Part shown: positions 1 through 10,608 of the stretch, piece after piece
Layout: every line of letters begins with the position of its first letter
Position numbering within the stretch: position 1 is the first letter of the stretch
Source of the DNA: an uncultured Candidatus Rokubacteria bacterium
GTDB lineage: Bacteria; Methylomirabilota; Methylomirabilia; Rokubacteriales; CSP1-6
Length of the DNA: 64,000 nucleotides
Direction of reading: 5' to 3'
Assembly (NCBI GenBank): GCA_963789955.1
Contig: CAWBMV010000012.1
Span: forward strand, 192,001-256,000
The notes under the pieces: model-generated
The model's database searches: none
The model's input: the letters and a program-made list of their open reading frames with translations, nothing else
Told to the model about the DNA's origin: nothing
Made by a program: the position numbers and the translations under genes

Positions 1-1
1 T

Positions 2-574
2 ACGGACGCCGTCTGGGCCGAGGCGCGATACGAGGAAATGCGACGTGAGATCGCCGCGATCCTGCCTGGCACCGGCGCGCCCGTCATGCATCGCGCGGTC
101 GATCTGCGCTATCTGGGCCAGGAGCACACGGTGACGATCGCGCTGCAGACGCTCGCCGACTGGACTCAGCTGCGCGCCCGATTCGACGCCGCCCACGAGC
201 GTGCCTACGGCTACGCCGCACGCGAAGTCGACGTCCAGCTCCTGAACCTCCGCCTCGCCGTCGTCTTCCCCCTCGAGCCTCCTCGCCTGGCGACTCTCGA
301 GCGTCGCGCGACCGACGCGCCCCCGTTCGAGACGCGCAAGATCTACTCGGCCGTCGCCGGCGACGCGCTCGAATACCGCGTGTACCAGCGCGAAGTGCTG
401 CGGCCCGGCGACCAAGTGCGGGGTCCAGCCGCTATCGAGGAGCCCGGAACCACAACGATCATCGACGCCGCCGACACACTTTCGATCGAAGACCACGGCT
501 GCCTGGTCATCCACGTCGAAGCGGCCGGAGCGATGGGGGGTATCGGGGGGAGCGAGCATCGCTCCCCCCGATGA
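2..574 (+). CDS. Hydantoinase A / oxoprolinase family protein, C-terminal part (starts before the window)
   Basis: Motifs DLRYLGQEH, FDAAHERAYGY and GPAAIEEPGTTT; directly upstream of a hydantoinase B gene. Confidence 0.85.
   Translation, partial: TDAVWAEARYEEMRREIAAILPGTGAPVMHRAVDLRYLGQEHTVTIALQTLADWTQLRARFDAAHERAYGYAAREVDVQLLNLRLAVVFPLEPPRLATLERRATDAPPFETRKIYSAVAGDALEYRVYQREVLRPGDQVRGPAAIEEPGTTTIIDAADTLSIEDHGCLVIHVEAAGAMGGIGGSEHRSPR
542..572. repeat. REP-like perfect hairpin (14-bp stem, 3-nt loop)
   Basis: ATCGGGGGGAGCGA-GCA-TCGCTCCCCCCGAT preceded by GGGGGGT; same layout as the hairpins at 37.7 and 38.8 kb. Confidence 0.6.
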
Positions 575-587
575 CAATCAAACAGCC

Positions 588-2275
588 ATGCCGGACACGA
601 TAACGGTCGAAATAATCCGCGCCGCTCTAAATGCCGCCGCGCACCGTATGCGCATCACCCTGATCAAGACCGCCTACAACCACATCATCAGCGAGAGCCT
701 CGACTTCGGCTGCGCGATCTTCGATCCCGACGTGCAGATGATCGCGCAGGGCATCGGCCTGCCGGTGTTCCAGGGCCATCTCGGGTTCCCGATCCAGGCG
801 ACGATCGCCGATCGCGGCCTCGAGGCGTTCCGCGAGGGCGACGTCTTCATCCACAACGATCCGTACACCGGCAACGGCAACCACCTGAACGACGTGGCGA
901 TGACCGCGCCGGTCTTCTGGGAAGGACGCCTTGCGGGCTTCGTCGCCGTGAAGGCGCACTGGACCGACGTCGGGGGACCGGTGCCGAGCTCGATGCAGGT
1001 CGGCTCGACCGACTTCCGCCAGGAAGGCCTTCGCTTCCGCTCGGTGCGGATCGTGAACCGCGGCGAGCTGAACGAAGAGGTGATGCGGATCATCGCCGGG
1101 AACATCCGCGTCGAGAGCGGGACCCTGAAGGACATCCAGGCGATGCTCGCGGTCTGCCGCGCGGGTGATCAGTTCTTCCGCGAGGTGCTCGCCAAGTATG
1201 GGCGCGAGGCGGTGCTCGAGGCGACGCGCGTGTATATGGCCCAGTCCGAGCGTCGCACGCGTGCGGCCCTCGCGAAGATTCCGGCCGGCGTGTATCGAGC
1301 GATCGGCCACTTCGACAACGACGGCATCTCGCTCGACCGGCCCGTGCGCGTCGAGATGGCGATCACCATCGGCGACGGCGAGTATGACCGTCGACTTCGC
1401 GGGGCTCCGACTCGCAGGTGAAGGGGCCGTTCAACTGCGGGGACGCGATCACGATCAGCGCCTGCCGGATGCTGATCAAGTGCCTGACGACGCCGCTCGA
1501 CCCCGTGGACGAGGGCTGCTTCCGCCCGCTGACCGTCGTGATCCCGCCGCGCTCCGTGCTGGCCGCGGAGGAGCCGGCGCCGACGGCCCGCTACTACGTG
1601 CCGATCAATCTGCTGCTCGATCTGGGTCTGCGCGCGCTGGCGCCCGCGATGCCGAGCGATGTGCCCGCGGGATCCTACGGCGATCAGATGCCGACGATCG
1701 CGTTCGGGACCCACCCGCAGACGGGCAAGCTGTTCATCCAGGGCGACCTCAACGCGGGCGGCACCGGAGCCCGGCCGGCCTTCGACGGCGAATCCGCGAT
1801 GATCATCTTCGCCGGCTCCACGGCCCGCAACAATCCGGTGGAAGTCGTCGAGTCGCGCCTTCCGACCATCCGGATCATGCGCTACGGGCTCCGGTGCGAT
1901 TCGGGGGGCGCCGGGCGCCACCGCGGTGGGCTCGGTATCGAGCGCGAATATCACTTCCTGCAGCCGGCGTTCATCACGTTCAGCCTCGAGCGAAAGGCGA
2001 CGCCGCCGTGGGGGCTCTGGGGCGGGAAGGACGGCGCGGTGAACGGCGTCGAGATCACGTCGCCGGACGGCGCGCAGCGCCACGTGCGCAAGGCGACGCA
2101 GCACCCGATCGCCGCCGGCGAGGTCGTTCGCATCATGACCGGAGGTGGCGGGGGCTACGGCCCGCCGTCCGAGCGCGAGCCGGACGCGATTCGCCGCGAC
2201 GTGCGCGAGGGCTACGTGTCCCGCGAGGCCGCGCGGCGCGACTACGGGATCGACGTGAATGGATCTTCGGCGTAG
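588..2275 (+). CDS. Hydantoinase B / oxoprolinase family protein (apparent frameshift near 1380-1420)
   Basis: ORFs 588..1421 and 1418..2275; motifs ESLDFGCAIFD, NDPY..GNHLND, HWTDVGG, SGGAGRHRGG, GGGGYGPP. Confidence 0.9.
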
Positions 2276-3518
2276 GATCACCGCCGCCGCGCTCTCGATC
2301 GTCCTGGTCGGATGCGCCACACCGTCGTCAGCGCCGCCGCCGCAATCCGCCTTCAACCCGAGTGGACCGGATGCCGACGAGCAGGGCGCCCGCCAGGGCT
2401 ATCCGCTCGGCGACCGCGCGACCTTCTTCCGCGTGCCGTTCCTGGTCGGCTCGCAGAGCCACCAGGACGAGATCTTCCCGGCGCACATCGTCCATCGGGC
2501 CGCGAAACCGTCGCCGCTCGGGCGGGCCGCGTCCGAGCCCGCGCTGCGCTACGAGTACCAGGGGCAGACCTTCGGCCTCGACGACTACCTGGCGCGGAAC
2601 CCGGCGACCGGGCTGCTGGTCGCCCGCGACGAGACGATCCTCGTCGAGCGCTACCAGTACGCGCGGACCGACCGCGACCGGTTCACGTCGTGGTCGATGG
2701 CCAAGACGGTCACGTCGATGCTGATCGGGATCGCCATCGCCGAGGGTCGCATCCGCTCGGTCGACGATCTCGCCGCGACGTACGTGCCGGGGCTCGCCGG
2801 AACCGAGTACGGGCGCACGTCGCTGCGCCACCTGCTGCAGATGTCCTCGGGCGTGCGATTCGTCGAGGAGTACCGGCCGGGCGACGACGTCTCGAAGCTC
2901 TCGATCGACACGTTTCTACAGAGGGGAGCCGGCGGCGTCTCGGCGGTGACCTCGTTCAACGAGCGTGCGGTACCGGCCGGCACGAAGTTCTCGTATGCGT
3001 CGGTCGAAACCGAGGTGCTCGGCCTCGTGCTGGCCGCGGCCGTCGGCCGCTCGGTCTCCGAATACCTTCAAGAGAAGATCTGGCAGCCGATCGGCGCCGA
3101 GGCCGATGCCGCCTGGCTCGTCGATCGCTCGGGACAGGAAGTGACGTACTGCTGCTTCAACGCGGTGCTGCGCGACTACGCGCGGCTCGGCCTGCTCCTG
3201 GCGCACGATGGCAACTGGCGCGGCCGGCAGATCATTCCGGCGGCCTGGGTCCAGGACGCCACGACCGTTCGCGCGGACCAGCCGCATCTGCGGCCCCGCA
3301 CCGCGACGCCGTTCTTCGGCTACGGCTACCAGACCTGGATCTTCCCGGGCGACCGCCGGATGTTCGCGTTCCTCGGCGTGCGCGGCCAGGCGATCTACGT
3401 CGATCCCGCGAGCCGGCTCGTGCTGGTGACGACCGCGGTGCGCAAGCTCCCGGTCGACCCGGGGGTCGCGGAGACGGGCGCGCTCTGGCGCGCCGTCGTG
3501 CGGGATCTCGGCGGCTGA
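2259..3518 (+). CDS. Beta-lactamase-family serine hydrolase, probable lipoprotein
   Basis: SMAK (SxxK), LLQMSSG, FSYAS, GYGYQTW, LGVRGQ; lipobox LVGC. Confidence 0.85.
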   Translation: MDLRRRITAAALSIVLVGCATPSSAPPPQSAFNPSGPDADEQGARQGYPLGDRATFFRVPFLVGSQSHQDEIFPAHIVHRAAKPSPLGRAASEPALRYEYQGQTFGLDDYLARNPATGLLVARDETILVERYQYARTDRDRFTSWSMAKTVTSMLIGIAIAEGRIRSVDDLAATYVPGLAGTEYGRTSLRHLLQMSSGVRFVEEYRPGDDVSKLSIDTFLQRGAGGVSAVTSFNERAVPAGTKFSYASVETEVLGLVLAAAVGRSVSEYLQEKIWQPIGAEADAAWLVDRSGQEVTYCCFNAVLRDYARLGLLLAHDGNWRGRQIIPAAWVQDATTVRADQPHLRPRTATPFFGYGYQTWIFPGDRRMFAFLGVRGQAIYVDPASRLVLVTTAVRKLPVDPGVAETGALWRAVVRDLGG

Positions 3519-3523
3519 CGGCG

Positions 3524-4624
3524 ATGCCGCGGAACGCGTATCGCGCCGAAGTCATCGGCAGCCTACTGCGTCCCGCCTACCTCAAGGACGCCCGCCGGCG
3601 CCACGCGGCGGGCTCCATCACCGACGCCGAGCTCAAGCGCGCGGAGGACCGCGCCGTCGACGACGCCGTGCGGATCCAGGCGCGGGCCGGCGTGTCGGTG
3701 CTCACCGACGGCGAGATGCGGCGCTACGCGTACTTCGGCCACTTCATCGACTCGATCGAAGGCTTCGACAAGTTCGGCGGCTGGGCGGTTCCCTTCCGAG
3801 ACGAGCAGGGCCACGAGCTCCTCTTCCAGCGCGCCGTCGTGGTCTCGCGCCTCAGGCGCCGGCGCCATCTGTGCGCCGAGGAGTTCACGTACCTCCGGGC
3901 GCGCACCGAGCGGCCGACCAAGGCGACCTTGATCAGCGCCCTGAACACGACGTCCTACTACGATCCGGACAAGTCGGCCGGCGCCTATCCGACGCGCGAC
4001 GCCTATCTGAGCGACGCGGTCGATATCTTGCGCGGCGAGGTGGACGAGCTCGTACGTCTGGGCTGCACCTACATCCAGATGGACGGGCCGCCGTACACGC
4101 TCCTGATGGACCCGGCCACCCGCGAAGGCTATCGCAGCCGCGGGACGGACCCGGAGCGCCTGATCGACCTCGGCATCGAGATGGACAACGCGGTGATCGG
4201 CAACCATCCGGGAGTCACGTTCGCGCTGCATCTGTGTCGCGGCAACAACCAGAGCAAGTTCCTCGGCAGCGGCGGCTACGACCCGATCGCTGCGAAGGTC
4301 TTTCGCGCGAGCCGGTTCTCGCGCTTCTTGCTGGAATACGACGACGCGCGCTCCGGGAGCTTCGAGCCGCTGAAGAACGTGCCGGACGACCGGACCGTCG
4401 TGCTCGGGCTGGTCACGACCAAGCATGCCGCGCTGGAAAGCAGGGGAGAGCTCGAGCGCCGCATCCGCGAGGCCGCGGCCTTCGTCCCGCTCGAGCGGCT
4501 CGCGCTGAGCCCGCAGTGTGGGTTCGCCTCGACCGAAGAGGGCAACCTGGTCACACCGGCCGACCAGGAGGCCAAGCTCGCGCTCGTGACCGAGACCGCC
4601 CGCGAGGTCTGGGGCGGGTCTTGA
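3524..4624 (+). CDS. Cobalamin-independent methionine synthase II (single-barrel MetE-like) family protein
   Basis: Real start MPRNAYRAEVIGSLLRP inside ORF 2312..4624; Zn ligands in HLCRGN, LEYD and SPQCGFAS. Confidence 0.88.
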   Translation: MPRNAYRAEVIGSLLRPAYLKDARRRHAAGSITDAELKRAEDRAVDDAVRIQARAGVSVLTDGEMRRYAYFGHFIDSIEGFDKFGGWAVPFRDEQGHELLFQRAVVVSRLRRRRHLCAEEFTYLRARTERPTKATLISALNTTSYYDPDKSAGAYPTRDAYLSDAVDILRGEVDELVRLGCTYIQMDGPPYTLLMDPATREGYRSRGTDPERLIDLGIEMDNAVIGNHPGVTFALHLCRGNNQSKFLGSGGYDPIAAKVFRASRFSRFLLEYDDARSGSFEPLKNVPDDRTVVLGLVTTKHAALESRGELERRIREAAAFVPLERLALSPQCGFASTEEGNLVTPADQEAKLALVTETAREVWGGS

Positions 4625-4699
4625 GGGGCGACCGCGTATACTCGTGGCCCGGAGATCTGGGCCGATGACGCCGAACGCGACCGACAGAAGGCCTGGCGC

Positions 4700-5893
4700 G
4701 TGAGCATCCGCGCGATCCGCTGCGGCACGCTCTTCGACGGTGTCGCTCAGGCGCCGATCCGCGACGCGGTGATCGTCGTCGACGGCACTCGGATCGCCGC
4801 CGTCGGACCAGCCGACCGCACCCCGGCGCCTCCGGGCGCCGATACGCTCGACCTCGCGAACCGCTTCGTCATGCCCGGCCTCATCGACTGCCACAGCCAC
4901 GCCTCGATCGTGCCGGGCCTGGGCGATCAGCTCGGCCAGCTCTGCCGCGGTCCCGTGCCCCAGGCGCTCGCCGCCACTGCGAATCTCAGAACGGATCTCG
5001 CCGCGGGGACCACGACGATGCGGATCATGGGCGAGGAGCACTTCCTCGATATCGAGGTGCGCGACGCCATCGAGGCCGGGGTGATCGCCGGGCCGCGCTT
5101 GCTGGTCGCCGGGCGTGGGCTCGCCGCCAATAACGGCCACGGCCGGGCGCTCGCCAGCTACGACGGCGTGGACGAAGTGCGGCGGGGCGCGCGGGAAAAC
5201 CTCCGGCGCGGCGCGAACCACGTGAAGATCTTCGTCACCGGCGGCGTCAGCTCGCCCGGGGCGATGTCGACGTCGAGCGCCTACACGCGCGAGGAGATTC
5301 GGGCGGCCGTCGAAGAGGCGCACCGTGCCGGCACGTACGCTGCCGCGCACGCCCACGGCGGGGCCGGGCTGCGCCTCGCGGTCGAAGAAGGCGTGGGCAC
5401 GATCGAGCACGGGCTCCTGGCCGGCGACGAGGACATCGCGCTGATGATCGAGCGCCGCGTGTGGCTCATCTGCACGTTCTCGATCTTCATGCACCCGACC
5501 GGCATCGAGCAGGGAGACGGTCAGCGTCCGGTGATCATGGACAAGGTGCGCCGGGCTCGGCGGGTGGCCGGGGAGACGTTCCCGCGTCACCTGGCCTCCG
5601 GCATCCGCTTCGCGTGCGGCACCGACAGCATGCACGGGCTGATGCCGATCGAGCTGGAGACGCTCGTCAGCTTCGGCGTGTCCCCGCGCGACGCGCTGCT
5701 GGCCGGCACGCGCTGGGGGGCCGAGGCGTGTCGGGTCGACGACCAGATCGGGACGTTGGTGCCGGGCAAGCGCGCCGACCTGATCGCGATCGACGGCGAC
5801 CCGCTGAAGGACATCCAGGCGATGCGGCGCGTGAGCCTGGTCATGAAGGATGGAGTGCCCTACCAGGGAGCTTTCGGGAGGAACGGACGATGA
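4700..5893 (+). CDS. Metal-dependent amidohydrolase (prolidase-like)
   Basis: PGLIDCHSH, KIFVTGG, AHAHG, IEHG, GTD, GKRADLI. Confidence 0.9.
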   Translation: MSIRAIRCGTLFDGVAQAPIRDAVIVVDGTRIAAVGPADRTPAPPGADTLDLANRFVMPGLIDCHSHASIVPGLGDQLGQLCRGPVPQALAATANLRTDLAAGTTTMRIMGEEHFLDIEVRDAIEAGVIAGPRLLVAGRGLAANNGHGRALASYDGVDEVRRGARENLRRGANHVKIFVTGGVSSPGAMSTSSAYTREEIRAAVEEAHRAGTYAAAHAHGGAGLRLAVEEGVGTIEHGLLAGDEDIALMIERRVWLICTFSIFMHPTGIEQGDGQRPVIMDKVRRARRVAGETFPRHLASGIRFACGTDSMHGLMPIELETLVSFGVSPRDALLAGTRWGAEACRVDDQIGTLVPGKRADLIAIDGDPLKDIQAMRRVSLVMKDGVPYQGAFGRNGR

Positions 5894-7440
5894 GCGAGAT
5901 CACGAGGCGTGAGTGGCTCCATCGGACGGGCGGGCTCGCGGTCGGAGCGGGGATCGGCTCGCTCGTCGGGGAAACCGGCGTCAGGCTCGCGGCCGCTCAG
6001 GGGCAGCCCAAGCGCGGCGGCGTGCTCCGCGTCGCCACCGTCGACAAGCCCGTGAACATGGATCCCGGCTACGCCCAGCTCTACTCGTCGCTGCAGGTTT
6101 ACCAGAACGTCTACAACAAGCTCGTCTACGTGGACGAGGCCGGCCAGTTCATCCCGGGACTGGCGAAGTCGTGGAAGCAGGAAGACGACAAGACGTGGCT
6201 CTTCGACCTGGTCGACAATGCCACGTTCCACAACGGCGAGCCGTTCACGGCCAAGGACGTCGCCTTCACGTTCGCCCGCATCCTCGACGCGAAGAACAAG
6301 CTCCCGATGCGCATCTTCTTCACGCCGATCGAGGGTGTGGAGGCGGTCGGCCAGCACCAGGCGCGCTTCCACCTGAGCCGCTCGTTCGGTCCGCTCCTGG
6401 CGACGCTCGCCCAGGCCACCGAGGTCGTGAACGAGAAGGCGCTCAACGAGAAGGACCCGAAGCTGTTCCCGATCGGCACCGGACCCTATCGCTTCGCCGA
6501 GTGGGTGAAGGACGACCACATCACGCTCGAGCGCTGGGACAAATACCATCGGCCCGGGCGCCCGTACCTCGAGAAGATCATCTTCTACTCGCCCCCCGAC
6601 GATACCGTGCGGCTCACCGGGCTTCAGACCGGGCGCTTCAACTGGATCCAGACGGTCCCGCCCCAGCGCATCGGCGAGCTGGAGCGTGCGCGCGACATGA
6701 AGTCGTCGCCGGGCCGGCCGTACTTTCCGTTCTATTTCATGCTCAACGCGAGCAGGCCGCCGCTCGCCGACAAGCGGCTTCGTCAAGCGATCGCGTGGGC
6801 CGTCGATCGTTCCGAGATCGTGAAGCTCGTCTACTTCGGCAGCCACGTCGTCACCGCCGAGCCCACGCCGGAGCCGAGCATCTGGGCGACCGGGGTGAAC
6901 GCCCACAAGGGCGGGCCCGATCTCGCGAAGGCCAAGCAGCTCATGAACGAGGCCGGGGTCGGCGGCGGGTTGACCCTGACCTACCTTGTCAAATCGCAAG
7001 TGCCGGTGCTGGTCAAGACGGGCGAGATCCTGCGCGAGCAGCTGAAGAAGATCGGCATCACGCTCGAGGTCCAGCCGGTCGAGTCCGGGCAGTATTTCGA
7101 GGCGCTGGTCGGCAAGAAGTTCGACATCGCCGGGGCGTGGTGGAGTGTCACCGTCGATCCCGACATGTTCTACAACCCGATGCAGCACTCGACGTCGCCC
7201 TGGAACTTCACCGGCTTCAAGTCGGAAGAAGCCGACAAGCGCCTGGACGCGTTCCGCTACACGGCGAGCCCGGCGGCGCGCAAGAAGATGTACCCCGAGC
7301 TGGTGCGCTGGTTCCAGGAAGAAGGCTCGCTGATCGTCTTCAGCAACGAGATCCAGCGCTACTGGATGAAGCCCAACGTGAACGGTGTGGTCCCGCTCTC
7401 GTCGCTCGAGCTCCGCTTCGAGGACGCCTGGCTCGCCTAG
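5890..7440 (+). CDS. Peptide/nickel ABC transporter substrate-binding protein (family 5), Tat signal
   Basis: Start MSEITRREWL (twin arginine); KRGGVLRVA, FHNGEPFTAKDV, IGTGPYRF. Confidence 0.9.
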   Translation: MSEITRREWLHRTGGLAVGAGIGSLVGETGVRLAAAQGQPKRGGVLRVATVDKPVNMDPGYAQLYSSLQVYQNVYNKLVYVDEAGQFIPGLAKSWKQEDDKTWLFDLVDNATFHNGEPFTAKDVAFTFARILDAKNKLPMRIFFTPIEGVEAVGQHQARFHLSRSFGPLLATLAQATEVVNEKALNEKDPKLFPIGTGPYRFAEWVKDDHITLERWDKYHRPGRPYLEKIIFYSPPDDTVRLTGLQTGRFNWIQTVPPQRIGELERARDMKSSPGRPYFPFYFMLNASRPPLADKRLRQAIAWAVDRSEIVKLVYFGSHVVTAEPTPEPSIWATGVNAHKGGPDLAKAKQLMNEAGVGGGLTLTYLVKSQVPVLVKTGEILREQLKKIGITLEVQPVESGQYFEALVGKKFDIAGAWWSVTVDPDMFYNPMQHSTSPWNFTGFKSEEADKRLDAFRYTASPAARKKMYPELVRWFQEEGSLIVFSNEIQRYWMKPNVNGVVPLSSLELRFEDAWLA

Positions 7441-7515
7441 TCGCAGTGGCAGTGCGCGCCGCCGGCCGTCGCGGGGCTGGGGACCCGCCGGCCGAGGCGC
7501 GCTTATAGATCGCTC

Positions 7516-8466
7516 ATGGCGTCACTGACCTACGTGGTGCGGCGGGTCGCGCTGGCCGCGCCACTGCTGCTCGGCATGAGCGTGCTGGTGTTCGGGCTCA
7601 TGCGCGTGATCCCGGGCGATCCGGCCGTCGCCGTCCTCGGCTACAAGGCGACGCCGGAGAGCATCCGCGCGATGCGCGAAGCCTTCCACCTCGACGAGCC
7701 GCTGCCGACCCAGTACACGCGCTGGCTGGGGGGCGTCCTGCGCGGCGACTTCGGCATCGACTTTCGCCAGAACGAGCCGATCGGCCGGATGATCGTCGAT
7801 CGGCTGCCGGTCACGATCGAGCTGACCGTGCTCGCGGCGATGGTCGCGGCGCTGATCGGCGTGCCGCTCGGGCTCCTGGCCGGCGCGCGGCGAGGCGGCA
7901 CCGCCGACCGGGCGTCCCTGGCGCTCGGGCTCCTGGGCATCTCGCTCCCGGATTTCTGGCTCGGCATCATGCTGATTCTCGTCCTGTCGCTGGCGGCGGG
8001 CATCATGCCGTCGAGCGGCTTCGTGCCGTTCACCGAGGCACCGCTCGAGAATCTCTGGTACCTGGCGCTCCCCACGCTCACCCTGGCGGCCAGCCGTGCG
8101 GCGGCGCTCGGACGGCTCACGCGCGCCGCGGTGCTCGACGTCGTGCATCGGCCGTTCGTGCAGTTCGCGCGCGCCAAGGGGCTCAGCGAGCCCGCGATTC
8201 TCGTGCGCCACGTGCTCCCGAACGCTGCGATCCCGATCGTGACGGTGATCGGGCTCCAGGTCGGCTACATGCTCGGTGGCGCGATCGTCGTCGAAACCAT
8301 TTTCACGTTGCCCGGGCTCGGCCGGATGACCCTCGACGCGGTGCTCGAGCGCAACTACCCGGTCGTGCAGAGCGGTCTTCTCGTCGTGGGCGCCATGTTC
8401 ATGCTCGTGAACCTGGCGACCGACGTCGTCTACGGGCTTCTCGATCCGAGACTCCGCCGCCGATGA
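7516..8466 (+). CDS. Peptide ABC transporter permease (DppB/OppB-like)
   Basis: IPGDPA, ARAKGL EAA loop, IVVETIFTLPGLG, LDPRLR. Confidence 0.92.
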   Translation: MASLTYVVRRVALAAPLLLGMSVLVFGLMRVIPGDPAVAVLGYKATPESIRAMREAFHLDEPLPTQYTRWLGGVLRGDFGIDFRQNEPIGRMIVDRLPVTIELTVLAAMVAALIGVPLGLLAGARRGGTADRASLALGLLGISLPDFWLGIMLILVLSLAAGIMPSSGFVPFTEAPLENLWYLALPTLTLAASRAAALGRLTRAAVLDVVHRPFVQFARAKGLSEPAILVRHVLPNAAIPIVTVIGLQVGYMLGGAIVVETIFTLPGLGRMTLDAVLERNYPVVQSGLLVVGAMFMLVNLATDVVYGLLDPRLRRR

Positions 8467-9266
8467 GCGGCCGGGCGCCGGCGGTCGCGATGATCGGCCT
8501 TGCCGTCGTGGCCCTGCTCGCGCTCCTGGCGATCGCGGCGCCGCTGGTGCTGCCGGGAAGCCCGACCGAGATCACCAGCGCCGCGGCGCTGCGGGCCCCG
8601 ACCGTCGTCGAGCCGTTCGGCATGGACGATCTCGGGCGGAGCGTGCTGAGCCGGGTGATCCACGGCTACCGCGTCTCGCTCGGCGTGGCGCTGGCGTCGG
8701 TCGCGATGGCCGTACTCCTCGGACTGCCGCTCGGGCTCCTGGCCGGCTACGCCGAAGGCGTGGTCGACCAGCTCATCATGCGACCGCTCGACATCCTGAT
8801 GGCGTTCCCGGCGATCCTGCTGGCCATCGCGCTCACGAGCGTGTTCGGCACGGGTGTGCTGCTCGTGTCTCTGGCGCTCGCGATCGTCTACGTGCCGATC
8901 GTGGCGCGCGTCGTGCGGGCGGCGGTGCTGGCGACCAAGGCCGAAGTGTACGTGGAGGGCGCGCGGGCCGTCGGCGCGACGGCGGGACGGCTGGTGCTGC
9001 GTCACATCGTGCCGAACTGCGTGACGCCGCTGCTCGTCCAGGCGTCGGTGCTGATGGCGATCGCGATCCTCGTCGAGGCGGCGCTGTCGTTCCTCGGCGT
9101 CGGCGTGCGGCCGCCCACGCCGTCGCTCGGGCTGATGCTCTCGGACGGCCGCGGATTCATGCTGCAGGCGCCGTGGGTGGTCGTGTTCCCAGGGCTGGCG
9201 ATCCTGGTCGCCGTGCTCGGCTTCAATATGCTCGCCGACGGCTTGCGCGACTGGCTCGACCCGTAG
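8463..9266 (+). CDS. Peptide ABC transporter permease (DppC/OppC-like)
   Basis: PFGMDDLGRSVLSR, YVEGARAVGA, EAALSFLGVG, DGLRDWLDP. Confidence 0.92.
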   Translation: MSGRAPAVAMIGLAVVALLALLAIAAPLVLPGSPTEITSAAALRAPTVVEPFGMDDLGRSVLSRVIHGYRVSLGVALASVAMAVLLGLPLGLLAGYAEGVVDQLIMRPLDILMAFPAILLAIALTSVFGTGVLLVSLALAIVYVPIVARVVRAAVLATKAEVYVEGARAVGATAGRLVLRHIVPNCVTPLLVQASVLMAIAILVEAALSFLGVGVRPPTPSLGLMLSDGRGFMLQAPWVVVFPGLAILVAVLGFNMLADGLRDWLDP

Positions 9267-9471
9267 CAGGGCGCGGGCGGATGCTTTCAGATCTCGTCGT
9301 AACCAATCTCGATGTGGGGACTCGGCGTGCTGGAGGATTCCTTGGTCTACCTTCTGGGCTCTTCGCGTTCCCCCCGCAGAAGCGCTCATGCTCAGCCTGG
9401 CGAGCCGTCTGGCCGCGGTGCTTTCCGTCCTGCCCCGCGCCTTCTTCTGGAGGTCGCCCGCACGAATCGTG

Positions 9472-10608
9472 CTACGGCCTTCGAGCCGCCTGACTCAACC
9501 CCTCCAGCGTAAGCCGGGCCGTCTTTTCCCACGTCCACGTGGCCGCTCGCTCGATCGCCTTACGTCTGAGCTCTTGTCGGAGCGCCTCGTCGGAGAGTAG
9601 TCGCTCGATCTTCGCCGCGAAGTGTGCTGGATCGTTGGGATCGGCCAGGAGTGCCGTGTCCCCGACTACCTCTGGGCACGCCCCCGCCGTGGAGGCAACT
9701 GCGGGGCACCCACAGGCCATCGCGCCCATGAGGCCGAAGCCGAATCCCTCATAGTAGGGCGGTACGATGATGAGCGTGGCAAGGGTGTACAGCTTGGCGA
9801 GGTGCTCGAACGGCACGAAATTCAGGAAATGCACTCGCTCGAAGTCAGCCTCACCGAAACCCACGTGGAGGAGGTACTCGCGAACGCGCCGTCCCGCGAA
9901 GACCAGATGATGCGGTATCCGGTCGCGTAGAAGCAGGAAGGCGCGGAGCGCCGTGTGTGGGTTTTTCCCCGGGTAGAAGCTTTGGGCACCATCGAGTCCC
10001 GGATGGTCGACGCGTGTGACGACGAGCAGGAAAGGGTTCGAGAGTCCATGCTGCTCGCGGAACTCTTCAAGCGCCGCTTGGTCCTCGACCGGGCGGAGGT
10101 GCGAATGGGGAGCGGGGTGGGTGACCGTGGCGCTTCGAAAGGGAAGCCCGAGCCATTTCCGGTTCTCCTCGAGAATCCACTGCGCCATAGGGAAAAAGTG
10201 CGCAGCCCTGCGGCAGTAGAGAGGGAGCATGACCTTCTGGTAGAGCACATCAAGGCGCGGGTAGTGCTGCGGCCACGCCCACGGTGCGGGTTCCTGGAGA
10301 CCCATAACGACCGGGCAAGGGCTTACCAAGGGAACACTGAATTTGGGATTGAAGATTACGTCGGCCCCCTCTTGCCAAGCTCGATAGGGCACCGCGACCT
10401 GGTCCCACAAGAACTTGTGTGGGGCACGAAGTAAGATCTCGCGAGCGTTCGGAAACGCACCGAACCGCCCGAGCCACTTGGGCGTGCGATGGAGGAGCAG
10501 GTAGAGATTCTCGTGGTCGATCCGGAGCAGCGCATCCACAAGCCCATCGACGTAAGCGTGGAAGCCGCTGTCCTGGTCGATGGCACGCATCATGACGGCG
10601 ATCTTCAT
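9472..10608 (-). CDS. Glycosyltransferase family 4 (GT-B fold)
   Basis: Start MKIAVMMRAID; EGFGFGLMGAMACGCP, TWEKTA; sequence visibly less GC-rich than the flanking genes. Confidence 0.85.
   Translation of the reverse strand: MKIAVMMRAIDQDSGFHAYVDGLVDALLRIDHENLYLLLHRTPKWLGRFGAFPNAREILLRAPHKFLWDQVAVPYRAWQEGADVIFNPKFSVPLVSPCPVVMGLQEPAPWAWPQHYPRLDVLYQKVMLPLYCRRAAHFFPMAQWILEENRKWLGLPFRSATVTHPAPHSHLRPVEDQAALEEFREQHGLSNPFLLVVTRVDHPGLDGAQSFYPGKNPHTALRAFLLLRDRIPHHLVFAGRRVREYLLHVGFGEADFERVHFLNFVPFEHLAKLYTLATLIIVPPYYEGFGFGLMGAMACGCPAVASTAGACPEVVGDTALLADPNDPAHFAAKIERLLSDEALRQELRRKAIERAATWTWEKTARLTLEGLSQAARRP

Noticed and set aside
2259..3518. Antibiotic-resistance beta-lactamase (also the MBL folds at 35.8 and 54.5 kb)
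   Set aside because: Motifs support only broad hydrolase superfamilies in metabolic contexts.
2312..5635. Long overlapping ORFs (770 aa, 690 aa and many similar Arg/Ala/Pro-rich frames throughout the window)
   Set aside because: Shadow frames of high-GC coding DNA; only the segments with family motifs were kept.
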